Counted from the stretch's first letter, positions 13,306 through 29,192 are shown. The stretch is DNA of 64,000 nucleotides from the human T2T-CHM13v2.0 reference genome, Homo sapiens (GCF_009914755.1 NC_060947.1); one strand, 5' to 3'. Translations and numbers: made by a program. Notes: generated by a model not told the origin, from the sequence alone.

Positions 13306-15045
13306 GATTTTAATAAATACCACAAAGCCCCTTTCTACACACACCTTGAGCCTCCCATAGGGCAATTGCCTCCCTCTGGGATAATTCTACCGTATGAACT
13401 AGCAGATGACTTTGTAGAAGAAAGCTCAGAGCTTCTCGCCTTTACAGCATCACTGAGCATGCTGGGATTTACCAGCACAAAAATCCATCCCCAAATGCTT
13501 ACCCTAGCACCTCCTTGTCATGGAAGGTACTCGTTTAATTGCATTTTCTAGCAAGCCCTCTCTGAACCTCCAGGACTGGACCCTGAACTCCAGCCCCAGA
13601 GAGCAGATCAGCTAATCCAAAACAACTGCACCACTCTCCTATCCCGGCTGCAGCCTCACTGGGCTCACAGGTGCCGGATGACAGGCGCGCCCCTTGTCTT
13701 TCAAAAATATTATCCGAATGCTTTTGATGCCTCTGAAATGTATAAAGTAATGAGAAGATGGAAAAGTTCTTGGTAACCTGGGTACGTGCCTTAGTACAAT
13801 ATACAAGGATGGATGGGGATAGAGAGGGAGGGAGAAATTGACTTCTAAAATAAAAGATTTTTCTCAAAACAAGTTCTTCCTTAAATGTCAATTATTATCC
13901 TCAGATTATTAGATTATCCTTTTGAAATCTGAGGACATGTGATTATCTCAGTTGAGAAAAAATTGTTTCTAAAAAACAAATTGTCAAAAAACTCCTTTCT
14001 AAAGAGGTTCTCTACCACATAAGATTTTAAAAATGATGAAGGTACCTGATATTTATAAAGTCATTTCATATATTATCATATTTAATTTTCAAGGGAACAC
14101 TTGGAGGTTAGAAATTAATAATCCCACTTTACAAACTAGGAATTGAAGCTTCTACGAAGCATTAAATTACATGCCCAAGGTCCATGGTAAAGTTATTGAA
14201 GCCCCAGGAGTGTAACAGAAGTCTGTGTCTCCAGAATTAGCTTGTCTTTCTCTACAGAGAGAGCCTTATGAGACAGAAATTCATATCCTCGAATTTATCC
14301 AAGCACAACATGTTTTCTCTTCTCCATTGAATAACTCATCCAGTACCAAAGTCAGCCTCTGATTAATGCTGGTGCAGGTACCAAATTTTCACTCCATAAA
14401 TTGTTTGGGAGAAGTGTTCACTTTCTTTAGTGATACAAGCCAAAATGATGATTCACTTAGATGAGTCAGAATACTTCTCCAAAGAAAGTCAATGCTTTGA
14501 AATAAGAACTCCACTTTAAAATAAATCAAAGGAGACTTTATGCACAAATAGAAAGGTTTTCTTGGTCCCAAAAGGAGCTCTGTTGCTATGAACATTAATC
14601 CCTAGTGTAGAAATTGTGTTGATTTAAAGGAGATTCACTTGTTGAGGGAATAAGAAGGATGCTGGGAAGATTCTGATTAGAAGAATATTCTGAAGACTAG
14701 TCGAGAGATGACACAGCAGGAGAAACCTGGAGTGAGATTCAGATGAAGGAAGAGGCAAGTTTGGCCAAAAAGCTACTTGTGAATTTTACATGGAAGACAC
14801 CCTGGAGATACTTAAAGGGCATTCAAACTTTACCAACTGGACTGAGATAAAAAGAATATCAAAGAGGCATCTGTTTATTTGAAACAATTATTTTCAGGAG
14901 GAAAAAGTTTTCAAAGAAATTCACTTAATGGGTACTTTGAATTGACACCCATATGCTTTTTGAAAAGCCATTTCAAAGGAGAAGTCATGAGCACAAAGAA
15001 AGTGGGTATGAGAAATAAGGATTGTGATAGGCAAGTATCATAATT

Positions 15046-15131
15046 ACCATCATCACCATCACCATCATCACCACCACCACCACCAGTATCATCATGATCA
15101 TTACCACCATCACCATCATCATCATCATCAT
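15046..15131. repeat. (CAT/CAC)n trinucleotide repeat, followed by a MIR (~15140-15370)
   Basis: Read directly. Confidence 0.9.
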
Positions 15132-15179
15132 GGTTAACACTTTTTTCACATTTGCTGCATACTAAAATCCTTTTAATAA

Positions 15180-15767
<588 letters not shown>

Positions 15768-16574
15768 TGAGGAACTTTGATATGACAATGTCTACATATC
15801 TTGGGGCTGCTAGAAGATATTAGCAAAAGACCCCTGAGGCAAAGGCTGTTTCTTTCATAGCTAGGAGAGAAATTCTTTAGGATACATTATATAATAATTC
15901 ATGGCTTCTGTTACATTTATAAGCATCTGCCTCTTTCTTTTTCTTGACATTGTGTTCAGTTATTTCACCTTTTCCATCTTCAAGCCTGTGTATTTGTGCT
16001 CAGGAAGTCGGTCACTGTGCTAGTATTTTCTCTTTCTTTGATCTGTACCATTTGGACCCACCCAAAATTAAACTTTTAATTCAGAAGGTCCCTACTTCCC
16101 ATACCATTCTTATGTATAGCTTCAATTTTAAAATTCTGTTCAGAGATATTGTCTCATATGATGGCTTTAAATTCCAAAGCAGGCCACAAGGTGCTAGCTA
16201 ACTCATGCTGACCTAAAGTGGGTTTCAGCAATGACCGTCATAATGACAACTGCGGGTTGGTCTAAGTGTAGTTTCGAAGTGCTCCTCTTCAAAATTATTG
16301 AATGACTGCTGACAGCCCTCCCATTTCTCACACATATGTACATGAGTTTGAATAGGATGCTGTGAGTTTCAAAGCTAGAGAACACAGCAGGATCCTAAGA
16401 ATACTTCAATTACCAATTGATGAGATGAAGTAATAGAACAGATTGTGATGATATATTAAGGCTTCACACATGTGCTGCATTTCACTTGTATGAGAAGCTC
16501 TATGGTTGAGTGAGCCACATAGTCTAAAAATCATGATTAATATTGTCATTTTTATTTCAGTGGGTTCTGGGTTA

Positions 16575-17095
<521 letters not shown>

Positions 17096-17139
17096 CTATT
17101 TGCTCATGAAGGAGGTTCTGCAGAATAGTACTTTACAAA

Positions 17140-17785
17140 GGAAAGTCACATCATGTTACTTCTCTACTTCAAACCTTCCAGTGGCTTCCCACATCACCCA
17201 GAGTAAATGTCAATGTTCTTAGAATTGCCCTCTAGGCCCTATGCCATTTAGCCCTGTTCTCTCTCTGACCTCCTCATATTGTGTTGGAGTCTGTGCGTAC
17301 TGTGTCATGAGAACCATCTGTGTTCACTTCTTTCCAACTCTGCCTTCAGGGACGGTAAGTTGGTAGCTTGACATCGGACATTAAGTATTTACACCGTGCA
17401 AAATCTACAGGTGAGAGTTTTGTTTTTTGTTTGTTTGTTTTTTGAGAACCACTGTTTCCCTCCCCCAGCTTTCTTTTGTCTACTTCACTCCAGCCACAGG
17501 GGGTTCCTTGCAGTGCTGTAAACGTAAGCTTTACAAAACAGCTTCAGGGCTTCTGAACCTCACATTCCTCTGGCTGGAACACTCTTACCCAAAGACCCAT
17601 TTTTAATTTATTTATTTATTATTATTATACTTTAAGTTTTTTGCTCTCTCACCTGCTTTAGGTTTTCTGTTGAAATGTTACCTCCTCAGTGAGGCCCTCC
17701 CTGACTACCCTACTTGAAATTGGATCCCACCCTCTCACATAACCCCACACTCCCGTTCTCCATAGCACTCATCACTTTCTAATAC
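17140..17785 (+). mobile_element. L2 fragment interrupted by a MER63-like hAT element (~17278-17455) and an L1 stub (17601-17642)
   Basis: L2: aaaccttccagtggcttccc, tcagtgaggccctccctgac. MER63-like: ttccaactctgccttcag...gttggtagcttga...agtatttacacc. Confidence 0.65.
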
Positions 17786-18733
17786 AACACACATATATAT
17801 TTTCCAATGTGTGCAGATATTGTATTATACATTGCTATTAACATAATAACATCTTATACATGCATTTGGGAGATTTGGCATATCTGGTTAAAAAGTTCAA
17901 ACCCTTACTAAAAATTATTAAATCTTGACAGGGGAAAAGCAATAAGATTTTGAAAGCCAAAGCTTTTTGCATAATTCAGCAAGTTATTGGTTAACTAAAC
18001 TTGAGCTCTAAAATATACTTGAAAATTAACTCATATCCCCATTAGAATTGAGAGTGTTAAATTTAAAGTCGCATTTTTTTAAGTTTCAAGGAACATAATA
18101 TATGAATTTTTGTTACGTCTGAATTAACTTCATTTAAGAAGGTCCATGTTTTATAGCCTTTTTTATTCTGCACTTAGCCATATTTCTTGATTGTGCCTGT
18201 TACTGCAAGTGAAAAGCAATTATAAAATCAAACATGACTAATTTTATTTTAGGCATACCAATATTTTTCTATATATTTTATTTGTTTGTTTATATCCTCC
18301 CCAGATAACACATAAGCTCCACAAGAGCAGGGATTTTTGTATGTTTTGTTTGCTTCTGTATCTCCAGTTTATCTGTAACTCAACTGTGGACAAAGAAAAT
18401 AGTCTTTATTTGTGGAATTTGGGTGGGAGCCGGTGATGTTAAGTGTTGAGGTGGGGGACCCTCCTGGTTTCCTGACACCATACTAGGTGGCACTTCTTTT
18501 CCTGTAGGACTAGAGTGCTTGTGGCTAAAATATTTCCGTTTTCTCCTAAGAGTGATGCCAAATCAGGGTCTGCCCAATTGTGCTCTAAAAGGGACAGGCT
18601 CACATACGGGTAAAGACCCATTCTTTCAATCATTTACACAAGGAACATTTACCTAAAGCCTACCAACTGCCACATCCTGAGCCAAGTGCTGGAGATGCAG
18701 CAGTGGACAAAATGGAAAAAGAAATAATTTTGT

Positions 18734-19148
18734 TGCCTTAGTCCATTTTGTATTGCTGTATTAGAATACCACAGACTGAATAATTTATAAAGAAAAGAAA
18801 TTTATTTCTCATAGTTCTGGAGGCTGGGAAGTCCAAGAACAAGGTGCTGGCATCTGGTGAGGGAATTCCTGTGGCATCATAACGTGGTGGAAGGCATCAC
18901 ATGGTGAGAAATCACAAGTATGAGCAGAAGGAAAGGGGCCAAACTCATCCTTTTATGAGGAGTCCACTTCTCCGATGACAGACCCACTCCCACAATTAAC
19001 TAACCCACTCCTGCAATAACAGCAACAATTAATGAGAGCAGAGCCCTTATTACCTAATCACCTCTTAAAAGTCCCACAACTCAAAACTGTTGCACTGGGG
19101 ATTAAGTTGCCAACACATAAATTTTGGGGACATATTCCAACCAAAGTA
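18734..19148 (-). mobile_element. MaLR solo LTR (MST/MLT1A-like) nested in an L2
   Basis: tgccttagtccattttg...agttctggaggctgggaagtccaag...cacctcttaaaagtcccac. Confidence 0.85.
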
Positions 19149-19384
19149 TCTGCCGTCATGGAACTTGCCTTCTACCAGGAGAAAGTAGTCAAAAACAAAT
19201 ACATGTATAATATGATATACATGATATAATTTATAAGTGCTATAAAAAATAATAAAGCAGAGAAAGCCTAAATTAAGAATAGAGAATACCAGTGGGGGTG
19301 GGAGAGGCTACTCTGGCATCTCTGAGGAGGTGATATTTGAGTTGAGGCCCAAGAAAGGGCATTTCAAGTGGAGGGAATAGCAAG

Positions 19385-19930
19385 TGTGTTTTGGTTACCA
19401 ATGGCTGCATAAAAACATAACCCCACAATTTAATGGCTTAAGGCATCACTCTATTATTTTCTCTCACAGTTGTGTGGATTGACTGAACTCAGCTGGGCAG
19501 TTTCTTGCTGGAGTTTACTTATGTGGCTGTGTCAGATGGCGGTTGGGGCTGGAGTCATTCAAAGGCTCAACTGGGTTGGATGTCTGACACAGCTTCACTT
19601 CCAAGTCTAGTACCTTTGTAAGGAGGGTTGGAAGGTTGGATTTGGCTGGCACAGGGGACCAGAGTGCCTACATGTGGCTTCTCCAGTATGGCAGTCTCAG
19701 GGTATTTGGACTTCTTACATGGTGTAACTCAAGGTTTCAAAAGTGGAACCCACCAGTTTCTTAAGGCCTAGGCTGTCAAACTGGAGTAGCATAACTTCAG
19801 TCATATTCTCCTGGTCAAAGCCGTGACAGAGTCCTCCCAGATTCATAGAGAGGAGGCATGGACCCCAACTCTCCCTTTCCATGGGAAGACTATCAAAGAA
19901 TGTGTAGCCACCCATCTTTAATCTGCTTCG
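19385..19930 (-). mobile_element. Older MLT1 MaLR LTR nested in the same L2
   Basis: ggctgcataaaaaca...ctcagctgggcag...ggggctggagtcat. Confidence 0.7.
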
Positions 19931-20954
19931 AAGCACAATAGCCCAGGGGCAGGAATAAACTTGGCACACTAGAAGCCAGAGTGGCTGGACCAGGGTGAGC
20001 TGGGCCAGGAGATTGGTGGGGCATATCATTTAGGTACTTGGAGGTCATGATGAAAATTTAATTTTATTCACTATCTTTCTAACTTATTTATTTTTACTGC
20101 TTTTTCTCCCAGGATTCTACAGTCAAGAAACCTTAGCTCCAGCCTGGATACATAGACAAGATGTCAACAGATATCTGGGAGAAATGCCTGGAACCAATCA
20201 GGAAGAAATATGAGGTCCCTAAAATAGCAGCAGCACAACTATCCTGGCCTCATCAAGAAAAGTAGCAGCTTAAAAACAACCTGTTGTTTTTAGATGGACT
20301 CTCATCCTTTCTAATCCAAAGGATCAATGTTATTAGATATCATAATGACATCCTTTCAATTGCCAAAACATCTACTCCACATAGGTCACCCTTAAACATG
20401 TAATTTTATATTTTCCTTTCTGCCTAAGTATGAAGTTATACAGAAAGCAATGCTTCTTCTAACCCTATTATGTTTATACTTTGCAATGGAAACATGAAAT
20501 AAACCCAAGAAACATGTATGGCTCTCTATTCTTACGTTTATCTTGTGTGACACAGAGTTCCAGCATTCTCACTCAAATGAGCAGCTTTAATACTTTTTTT
20601 TAAATTCCTGGATTAAGAATGAAATGAGAGATTTCAATGTCTCTCAATAGTCCTTGATTTAACCAAATAGATGATTCATGTCAGTGTCCTCCACTGGAAG
20701 GTCAAGTAGGTCACAGGTGGTCAAATGGAGATAAAAAGAAAAATCAGTGATGAGGCATAAGACAAAAAAAAAAATCAGCATTAGGAAGCAAGAACCTGAA
20801 CGGAAAGGGGAGAAGGGTTGAGGGCCTGCCCCGCAATTCAGTCCTCAGCACCCTTATCCTTTTCCTTGTCTTTTTTGAGACTTCATCTGCTCTTAAGTAT
20901 AATCTCTATGTTGGCCTGCACCTAAGCTGAGCTGCCAAATACCTGGATGGTGGA

Positions 20955-21185
20955 GTGAGATGGATCAGGGTTAAAGCCCCCACTCCATCACTTACCAACT
21001 GGGGCATCTTGAGCAAGTTGTGTAAATGCCTTGTACTTACTTCAATGCTCTCCTTTGTGAAGGAGAAATAATAAAAATCATCAGGCTTTTCTGAGTATTA
21101 AGTGAGATAATGCATATAAACTGCTTAGAATGGTGCTTTGTATCTATCAAAATCTCAAAAGATGTTGCTTATTGTTATTATTAAA
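20955..21185 (+). mobile_element. MIR
   Basis: cacttaccaactggggcatcttgagcaagtt...gtattaagtgagataatgcat. Confidence 0.7.
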
Positions 21186-22087
21186 TTGAGTTTGGAACAG
21201 AATTTCCAGGAGCCACCATGTACATATGAATTTGGTTTCCCTTGAGAGCCTAAATTATAGGTAACTATGAATTGTGATTTTTCTCATGGTTTGCACATGA
21301 GTAGAAGCTGTCTGTAGCAACTGCCCTTAACATTTGCCAACTTTAAAAAAGGGGAAATAGTAAATGTCAGCAGTAAAATGCTCCAGGTCGCTCTGCAGTT
21401 CTTTTGCTCAGAATTTTGCATGAAGCATGTGTGCTAAAAGATGAAAAGAGTAAATAAACTTCCATTGAACTACAGGCTTATCTTCTCTACAACTCTTTAC
21501 TTGTTGGACTTTTCTCTGACTGTATGTTAAGATAATCACCATTTATGGCACTTTGGGACAGTTCTATTGTTTCTCCTGAATTAGTCATAGACAGGGACAA
21601 ATGAGCAAATGTATTAAAATAATGACACTATATGAAAAGTCTTTATGCTCTCCATAAATTTATTCCCTTGAATTTATTGCGCAGTGTCTTTTAAGGTTTT
21701 TGTAAGTGTTCAAAGCATTCTCTTAGGGTAGTCTCTCTGACCACGTCAACCTCAATTACTTCCAGCTTGCTCACTTTCTAATGCATTAAAATCACAGGAC
21801 ATAGCATCTCCCTGTGTACCTAGGATAGTTTTCTCAAAGTGATTCAAAGTTTCCCTGCCCTTAGGAAGTAGCAGGCACATAAGGAACTTCACTCATTGTT
21901 TACTTCTGGATTCTTTGTGATGACAGATGTTTGAAGTTAACAGAATAAAGGAAGTTAATTTGCGATGTACTGTAGGGTCTCTGTTGTGAGATTTAGACAT
22001 ATGTTTTGTACGGGTTTTATTTTTTAACAAATTTAAGATGGATTAGCAATGTTTGCAAAAATACACAGAATCTACTAACCTTTTATC

Positions 22088-22391
22088 CCTGTGCTATCCA
22101 ATACAGTAGCCACTCACCAGGCTATTGAGCACTGTGTGCCTGGTCCGAATTGAGATATGCTGTGAGTGGAAACCACACATCAGATTTTAAAAGCTTAGTA
22201 CAAAAGAAGAACGTAAAATCTCTCATTAATAATGTTTTATATTGATTACAAGTTTAAATAATATTTTGGATATACTGGGTTAAATAAAATGTATTATAAA
22301 AATTAGTTTCATCTTTTTCACTTTTTAATATGGCTACTAGAAAAATGTAAAATTATCAATGTACATATTAAATTTTGATTGGACAGTGCTG
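22088..22391. mobile_element. MER33-like hAT-Charlie non-autonomous DNA transposon
   Basis: Terminal inverted repeats ctgtgctatccaat and attggacagtgctg; AT-rich body. Confidence 0.8.
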
Positions 22392-23214
22392 TTGTAAGCT
22401 ATTTTAATACTTTTAGATTTCACGCATATATCAAAAGAGATTTTTAAAGTAATGTATTTTACTTCTCTAAACTTAGGTTTTCTTAGAGACTAGTAAATCC
22501 TGAGATGCCTCCTGTCTCCTGACAGGAGGAGACATTCCTGACTCTACAAGAGTGCCAGCATGGCCAGTTAGGGACCCAGAGGAAAGGATCTCAGCTAAGC
22601 CCAGTAATAGCCATTGTCCCCTATTCTAGGGTATTAAAAGTCTGACTGGAACTGAAGGAAACTTAGAAGGTAATACAGCCAGAAAAGATCACTTTATTTA
22701 TCTATTTATGATCGATTTAGCCTGTTTGGGCATGTGAGTTTAGTTGCAGCCAAATGCTTCTCTCCTAGCCTACCAATAACACAGAAGAAAAATAATACTG
22801 GATTTTAAGGGGGAAAGTTCACAGTTCAGTGTATAAGAAGCCCATGAAAATATTTTCAGGTAAGTTTATTGGCCTGGTCCTCTTTTGAAAAGAATTTGTA
22901 AAGCTTCATCTTACCTGGTGTCTCATCATTTACATTCTTACTTGCTACTAAGAATCCCCAGAACCTATTAGAAAAGTTTGTTTCCAAAAGGAAAGTAAAG
23001 AAACTCTATCCTTCCTATCAAAATGTTCTTAGGATCTTCAGTGTATCACAGCAGCCTCGTGACAATGATGTTAATCAGTGTCTTGTTAACATCTTGTTTC
23101 TTTAAACCTCAGAATACTAAGTGGGACAGGTACAAACATCCTTCTTTTCAACAGAGATATCAAAACACAAAAGCATAAATAACGTGGCCAAGGACACACA
23201 AAAGGTCAATGATT

Positions 23215-23216
<2 letters not shown>

Positions 23217-23258
<42 letters not shown>
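23217..23258. repeat. (TG)n microsatellite
   Basis: Read directly. Confidence 0.95.
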
Positions 23259-24600
23259 CAGACACTCAGAAAATTCTGCAGCACAATAATACCAGGATAA
23301 GGGCCTTTGAGGTTCTGCATTAGAACAGCTGCTTTGGGATCTAGACTGTCTGAACTCAAAGGATCTAAGCTCAGTCACTAAGCCTGGCTGGAAGCAGTTT
23401 GGTGATTGTTAATGGATATGTAACCCAGGAGACTGCTGCCTAGGCAGGTGAGAGGCACAGAGATCTGCTAGAAACACTGGGCCTAACCTCTTCTCATAGA
23501 TCATGAGCTTTCCAAAGTAAAGTCTGTGTCTAATTACATTTTTAAAAATAAAAATGAGAGGAGCTCTTTATAAAATGTTTTGGCAGTACTAAAAAGTACA
23601 AAGAAGAAAGCAACGAATTACTCCATGTTGTACCATCAAGTTAAACAAAAAAAAAGCCGTAACATTTGGTGTATGACATTCCAGACCTCTTATATAAGCA
23701 TCTACAAGATAGAAAAATGAATAGACGAATGGATGGATGGTTGCTATGGATGGATAAATGAACAAATGGATGACTGAGAGAGGGAGGAAGGAAACAAAAA
23801 ACAAGGAAGGAAGAAAGGAAGGAGGGAGAAAAGAACAAAGAGAAAATAAAAAATATGAGAATTGAATCATATTATATCTGTTATTTTAAATGATGGAAAT
23901 ATACTTCAATTTGATGGAAGAAACATAAACTGAAATGAACTGAAGGAAGTGCTAAACTTCAAATAGATGTTTCACACACCCTAAGAGATATTAGTTCCTG
24001 AGGGAACTAATTAATTTATTAACTATTTATTAACTATTAATTTTGGTATAGATTGATTCATTGCTATGAAAGATTTAAGCAGCTGTTACCTCTCTTATGT
24101 GTCTTCCTTTCTCACCTTCTCTACATTCTGATTTTGTTGATTATATAATTTTTACCATATAAACATTTTTAATAACATGTACATAAATTACTATGATTGT
24201 AATTCTTCCAATTGTTTAAATCTTTATTTAGATATATTTTATGTTCAACACCAGTTTCACTAAAGCTGATCCATTCCTGAATTCTTGATTTATCACTTGG
24301 TGATATTCTGAACTAGAATGCTGCTATGACAAAATTTCCAATTGTGTGTGCCTTTGTCTTAGTGGACAGGCTGCATGTAGCCAGCAAACAGGTGCCACAA
24401 GACTGACAGGTAGAAAAAATGATAAAGCATTCGTAAAACTGTCGCCAGCTTTACTTGTTCATCAAGTACAATCATCTGGATAATCTGGAAGGCCAACCAA
24501 GTACTTACCAACCTTAAAGCTCTAAGAGAAACTGTTAGAATGTCAGTGGTTGTTAGCATTTACTTGTAATACATTTGCTTTTTTGCACACATACACAAAA

Positions 24601-25011
24601 CGTTGACCCCTGAACAACACAGGTTTGAACTGCATAGGTTCACTTCCAAATGGATTTTTTTCTGCCTCTGCCACCCCTAAGACAGGAAGACCGACTTTTC
24701 CTCTTCCTCCTCTACTTCTGCCTACTCAATGTGAAGATGATGAGGATGAAGACCTTTATGATGATCCACCTCCTCTTAACGAATAGTAAAAACATTGTCT
24801 CTTCCTTATGATTTTCTTAATAACATTTTCTTTTCTCTAGCTTACTTTATTGTAAGAATACAGCATATAATACATTTAACACAAAATATGTGTTTACCAA
24901 CATAATTAACAGCAAGCTATTAGTAGTTTTCGGGGAGTCAAGTTATATAAGAATTTCTGACTGCACAGGGGGTCAGCACTCCTGACCTCCACATTGTCCA
25001 AGAGTCAACTG
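24601..25011 (+). mobile_element. Tigger2a/MER28-like TcMar DNA transposon
   Basis: TIRs gttgacccctgaacaa and ttgtccaagagtcaactg; internal gatgaggatgaagacctttatgatgatccac. Confidence 0.85.
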
Positions 25012-28000
25012 TTTATGAAGTCTCGATGTACAAGTAACAGAAAACTGTTTATCCTACTTAAAAACAGACTTTTATAAAGAATAATCAGGAAGGTGAGGAG
25101 GATACAGGGCTTTGGAGGGAGCTAGTGGAATAACTGTACTCAACTGTGGAAAATCTTAAGGAAAGGAGGATCTTGAACTCGATTTTTCCAATATGTGAGA
25201 GTATAAGTTTGGCAAGAAGAAAGGCGGGCCAGGTGGGTGCTGAGGCTTAGAAAGAAATGACAAAAAGTAGTCCCCAACCAGCAGAGAGTGAGCTCTTTGC
25301 AGTGTGTTCTTGACACCCAAAAGCCTCAACTCATGCTCTGACCCCATTGCATCTTGTCATTTGCAATTAATCTCTTTAACCTTTAGGTCCTCACCTGTTA
25401 AATGGGGATAATACTTCTAATTCACAACTAAATAACTTATAGTTATTTGAGATTGAAAACACTTGGTAGTTTCTAGATGTCCATATAAGAGTAATGTTAC
25501 CATTGTTATTACTTCTTGGTGGTTGCAGAGGCCAAGAGAAATGCCCAGGACATGTGATACGCAGCCTGGGAATCCACGCCTAAGCCTTTCTGCAGGCTGC
25601 TGCTCTGCAGAGGACATGGTAAGGCAGGCTAACACATTTCAGGCCATCTTGCACTTTCTGTCAATCTCTTGGTACTGCAAGTTGCCAAAGCTCTCTTTAA
25701 TCTGTTACATGGTTCCCTTATTAGTCACCATCTTTTGGTGAGCTGGGCCCCCTGTCTTTGCAGCTCCTTTGGACTACTTGGCCATAACACATGATCACAT
25801 AGTATAGAAGCTGTAAAATTTTGCACAAGATTTAATCTATATCGCTGTTTCCCTTAGTGAATTTCACTATCATAACTTAATTCCATACATTGTCTACCCT
25901 CCACTCCCAGCAAAATTTAAAACTAACTGTTACCCACAACCATAGTCACTGTTAAGTTTATCCAGATATGTGTGTGTATGCATAGAAAATATGTTTACTG
26001 ATTGTACCATATTTTAAGTTCCAAATGGAAACCTTGGAGGCGGAAAATGAATTCATCTCATATCCTAAATGTTGTTCCAAATTCAGCCATCAAAGGCATA
26101 ATTTTCAGCAAATTATTACATGCCAAAGATCTGCCTGTATTCTCTAAAGAACACAAATGAGCACTTTGGTTTCCAGAATAACAGCATAAGCTTTAGAATG
26201 ATCACTAGACAAATGTGTTTCACTTACTAGAGAGAAAATTACTATTCTCCACATTTTTCCTTGAAAAAATCTTCCATAATAAGACATATTTGTTTCAAAC
26301 AAATAAGAAATGAAATGCAGTGTGGGTGGAAGTGGTAGAAAAGGTTCATTAAGCCCACTTCAGAAAGGGCAAACTCACAGAGCCAGTAAACTCAACATGG
26401 TAAGTGTGAAGTTCATGTAAAATGGGCAACTGTTCCTGAATAAAAACAAGAGTTGGTCTAACCTGTTCCTGGAGACTTCTGTCTTTATGAGAGAAGCAAG
26501 TGTATTCTGGACTTTGATCCAGCCTCCCCTGGATTAATAGGATCGGGGACAGGGGTGTGAAGAAGGGAATATTGAGGACCTAGAGAAGACTGGATACTTC
26601 TGGCCTGTTGATTTCCAGGAGATGCCAAGACCTTACACAACAGGACGATTTCCATTTGCTAAATGCAATTATCATTTGCATTTTTTATGTCTCAATATTT
26701 CTACTCTAATCCTGTTGCTGTTTCTTAGTACTGAGAGGCCATTTAGACAGAGAGATTAACTGAAATGGCATCGCAGATAGATAGCTATGGTTTCCCCTCT
26801 CTGCCTTTGTGTGCATTTTGTGTATCATATTTTCAACTGGATTTCAGAGTTGTCAGCAAGACTGAGGGGTTGTGCCAAATGCCTCCTCCTCTGTGAGGCT
26901 GTTTGAGCAATAGCAGCTATGGCAGCAACAAGCAGACAATATATTTGAGAGATGAATCCTCATTCGCATGCATCTTTAGCATTGAAGGTTGACCATATGC
27001 AATGCAAAAAGGACTTTGACAATAAGCTTTGTTTCTGCCCACTGGGAAGTAGGTTAAGACCAAAAAGTCCTTTTGCTCAGCTTCTCCAGATAGCTGAAGT
27101 TTGGAAATGAACATCAGTATGAAGTTGGACTCTTAATTTTAAGTCACACTACATCTTTATAGTGGCAAAACTCTTAACAGTTCAACCTTCAGACCTAGAG
27201 CAGTTTCATGGGTGTTTTACCAGACTTTACTTTCAAATTTCAGACTGATGAAAGCTTCTGAAACAGAAAAATTTTATTTGCCTACATTGTACCAAACCTT
27301 AGAATTTTCTCCAACTTCTTCAAAGAGCCCAAAAGAACAAAGACAACCATACACGCATGCACATGTAAACACACAATGAAAGAGAAAGAAACATAAGTCA
27401 AAATATAGCAGGATTCCTTAAGAAGTTTTTGTTTTTATCTTTTTCTTTTTAATTATGAAATATTCCTTAAAAGAAAACAATTTTTTCAAGTTACTTCCAA
27501 GACATCTAAACAGCTGCCTTCTAAACTATACCAGTGGAAATTAGCATGCCTATTTGTAAAACGGATCAAAAATCTCAGTAGATGTTTAACAATAATTGTA
27601 AAGTACTAACAGCTGCATCACTGACTCCAGAAGTAAGGAAAACACCTTCTAAATTATATAGATTTGAGCTGAAGCGATCCCTTTCTCACTGATAATTAAA
27701 TCCCAATATAGTTTGGTATCACATCTTTTATTTATGAAGTTGTCTTTGGAAAACCCTACTTTAACAACATATAACAGATCTACAGAGCATTAAAAATGAA
27801 CGCCACTCAGTAGATACAAACATGTCTGACAGATCAGATCAAGACAGAGGCCTGTTCATCACAGCACACTAGGTGTTTAAAGATGCCTATTATGGAGCTG
27901 GCATGAACACACTTCCTCTATCAGAAGAACATTTCTATGACAACTACCACAGAACTGGTGATATTGGGAGTCATCCTCTCTTGAGGAAACACACTCTTTC

Positions 28001-29192
28001 ATGTGGGTAGTTAGTCCACCATGAGCTACTGTGCCCTTCCCCTTTTCTGGGTAGCTCCACTTCATTCATTTCAATATCAACCAGTATATCCAAGTTCCTT
28101 AGCTTAATGTTACTAAGGTTGCACATAAAACTCTATTTCCCATTATCAGCCACATAAAAAATTTTAAAAGCAGATTCTTTGATAGCAGGATCTGACAATA
28201 TGGCAAGTAGCATACTTGATACTCTCAAGATTCAGATTAAGAAATACATGCATGTTCCCTGATAAAAAAGAAACAAGGCCCAAATATACTATCTATTTAC
28301 ATGAACTGTAGTTTGCCCTTGGGGACAGTAGTTATTAAAATAGGTAATAGAGGGCAGTGTTCAAATTCCCAAAGTACTGCTTTCCATGACACAGGAGGCA
28401 AATTTCTCAACTACATTCTCTAGTATGTGGTAGGAGAAAGAATGTCGAAGTTCTTGTTAATAATTCCGGAAATGAATGTAGCCATCCAAGATGCTTTTTA
28501 CAGGTCAAAAATGAGAAAAATGACGTATACAAAGACATGGAAGTGGAGATGGTAGAGAACAAGTACTTAGTTTGAGAAGGACTTCTTAGCTATAAGGTCT
28601 TCGTCATTATGTATTATCATGTAGCTCTTCACTGCATGTGACTGATCACGAGGAGGCCAAATTGGCACCTTTGTCAAGACTGCAGAAACCTTTTTTTTAC
28701 AGCATCAGTATTTTTTCAATTTGTCTCATTAGTGATAATTAATTTGAGAGTAAGTTACTACGTAAAACATATACACATATGCATGTGCATACAATTTCTT
28801 AAAATGCACTGTTATTTCCCATTTCCTCCAGCAGAGGTCAGAAAATAGCAATACAGGAATACGAAAATCTACGAACCAAGAGAGTATTTTAGAGTGATCT
28901 TCTCAAGATAGTATTATAAAGGGTTTGTTAATTGTTCTAGTTTATCTATATTTTCTAATCATATTTTTACAATAAACATGCTTTACTTTTGTCATAATTA
29001 AAAAGCAGTAAGACTTATTTTAAATATAAAGAGCATTATTGGCATATGTATTTACCCTGTATTAAGTAAGGACTACTGCTTAACTACTTGTATTTTCCTA
29101 ACTGCACATAGAGTAATGGAAATAGTGAAAAAGCAGCACATTTGGCCATCACTGTGAAATATCATTTAAGTGTAACATCATTCCTGTAATTG

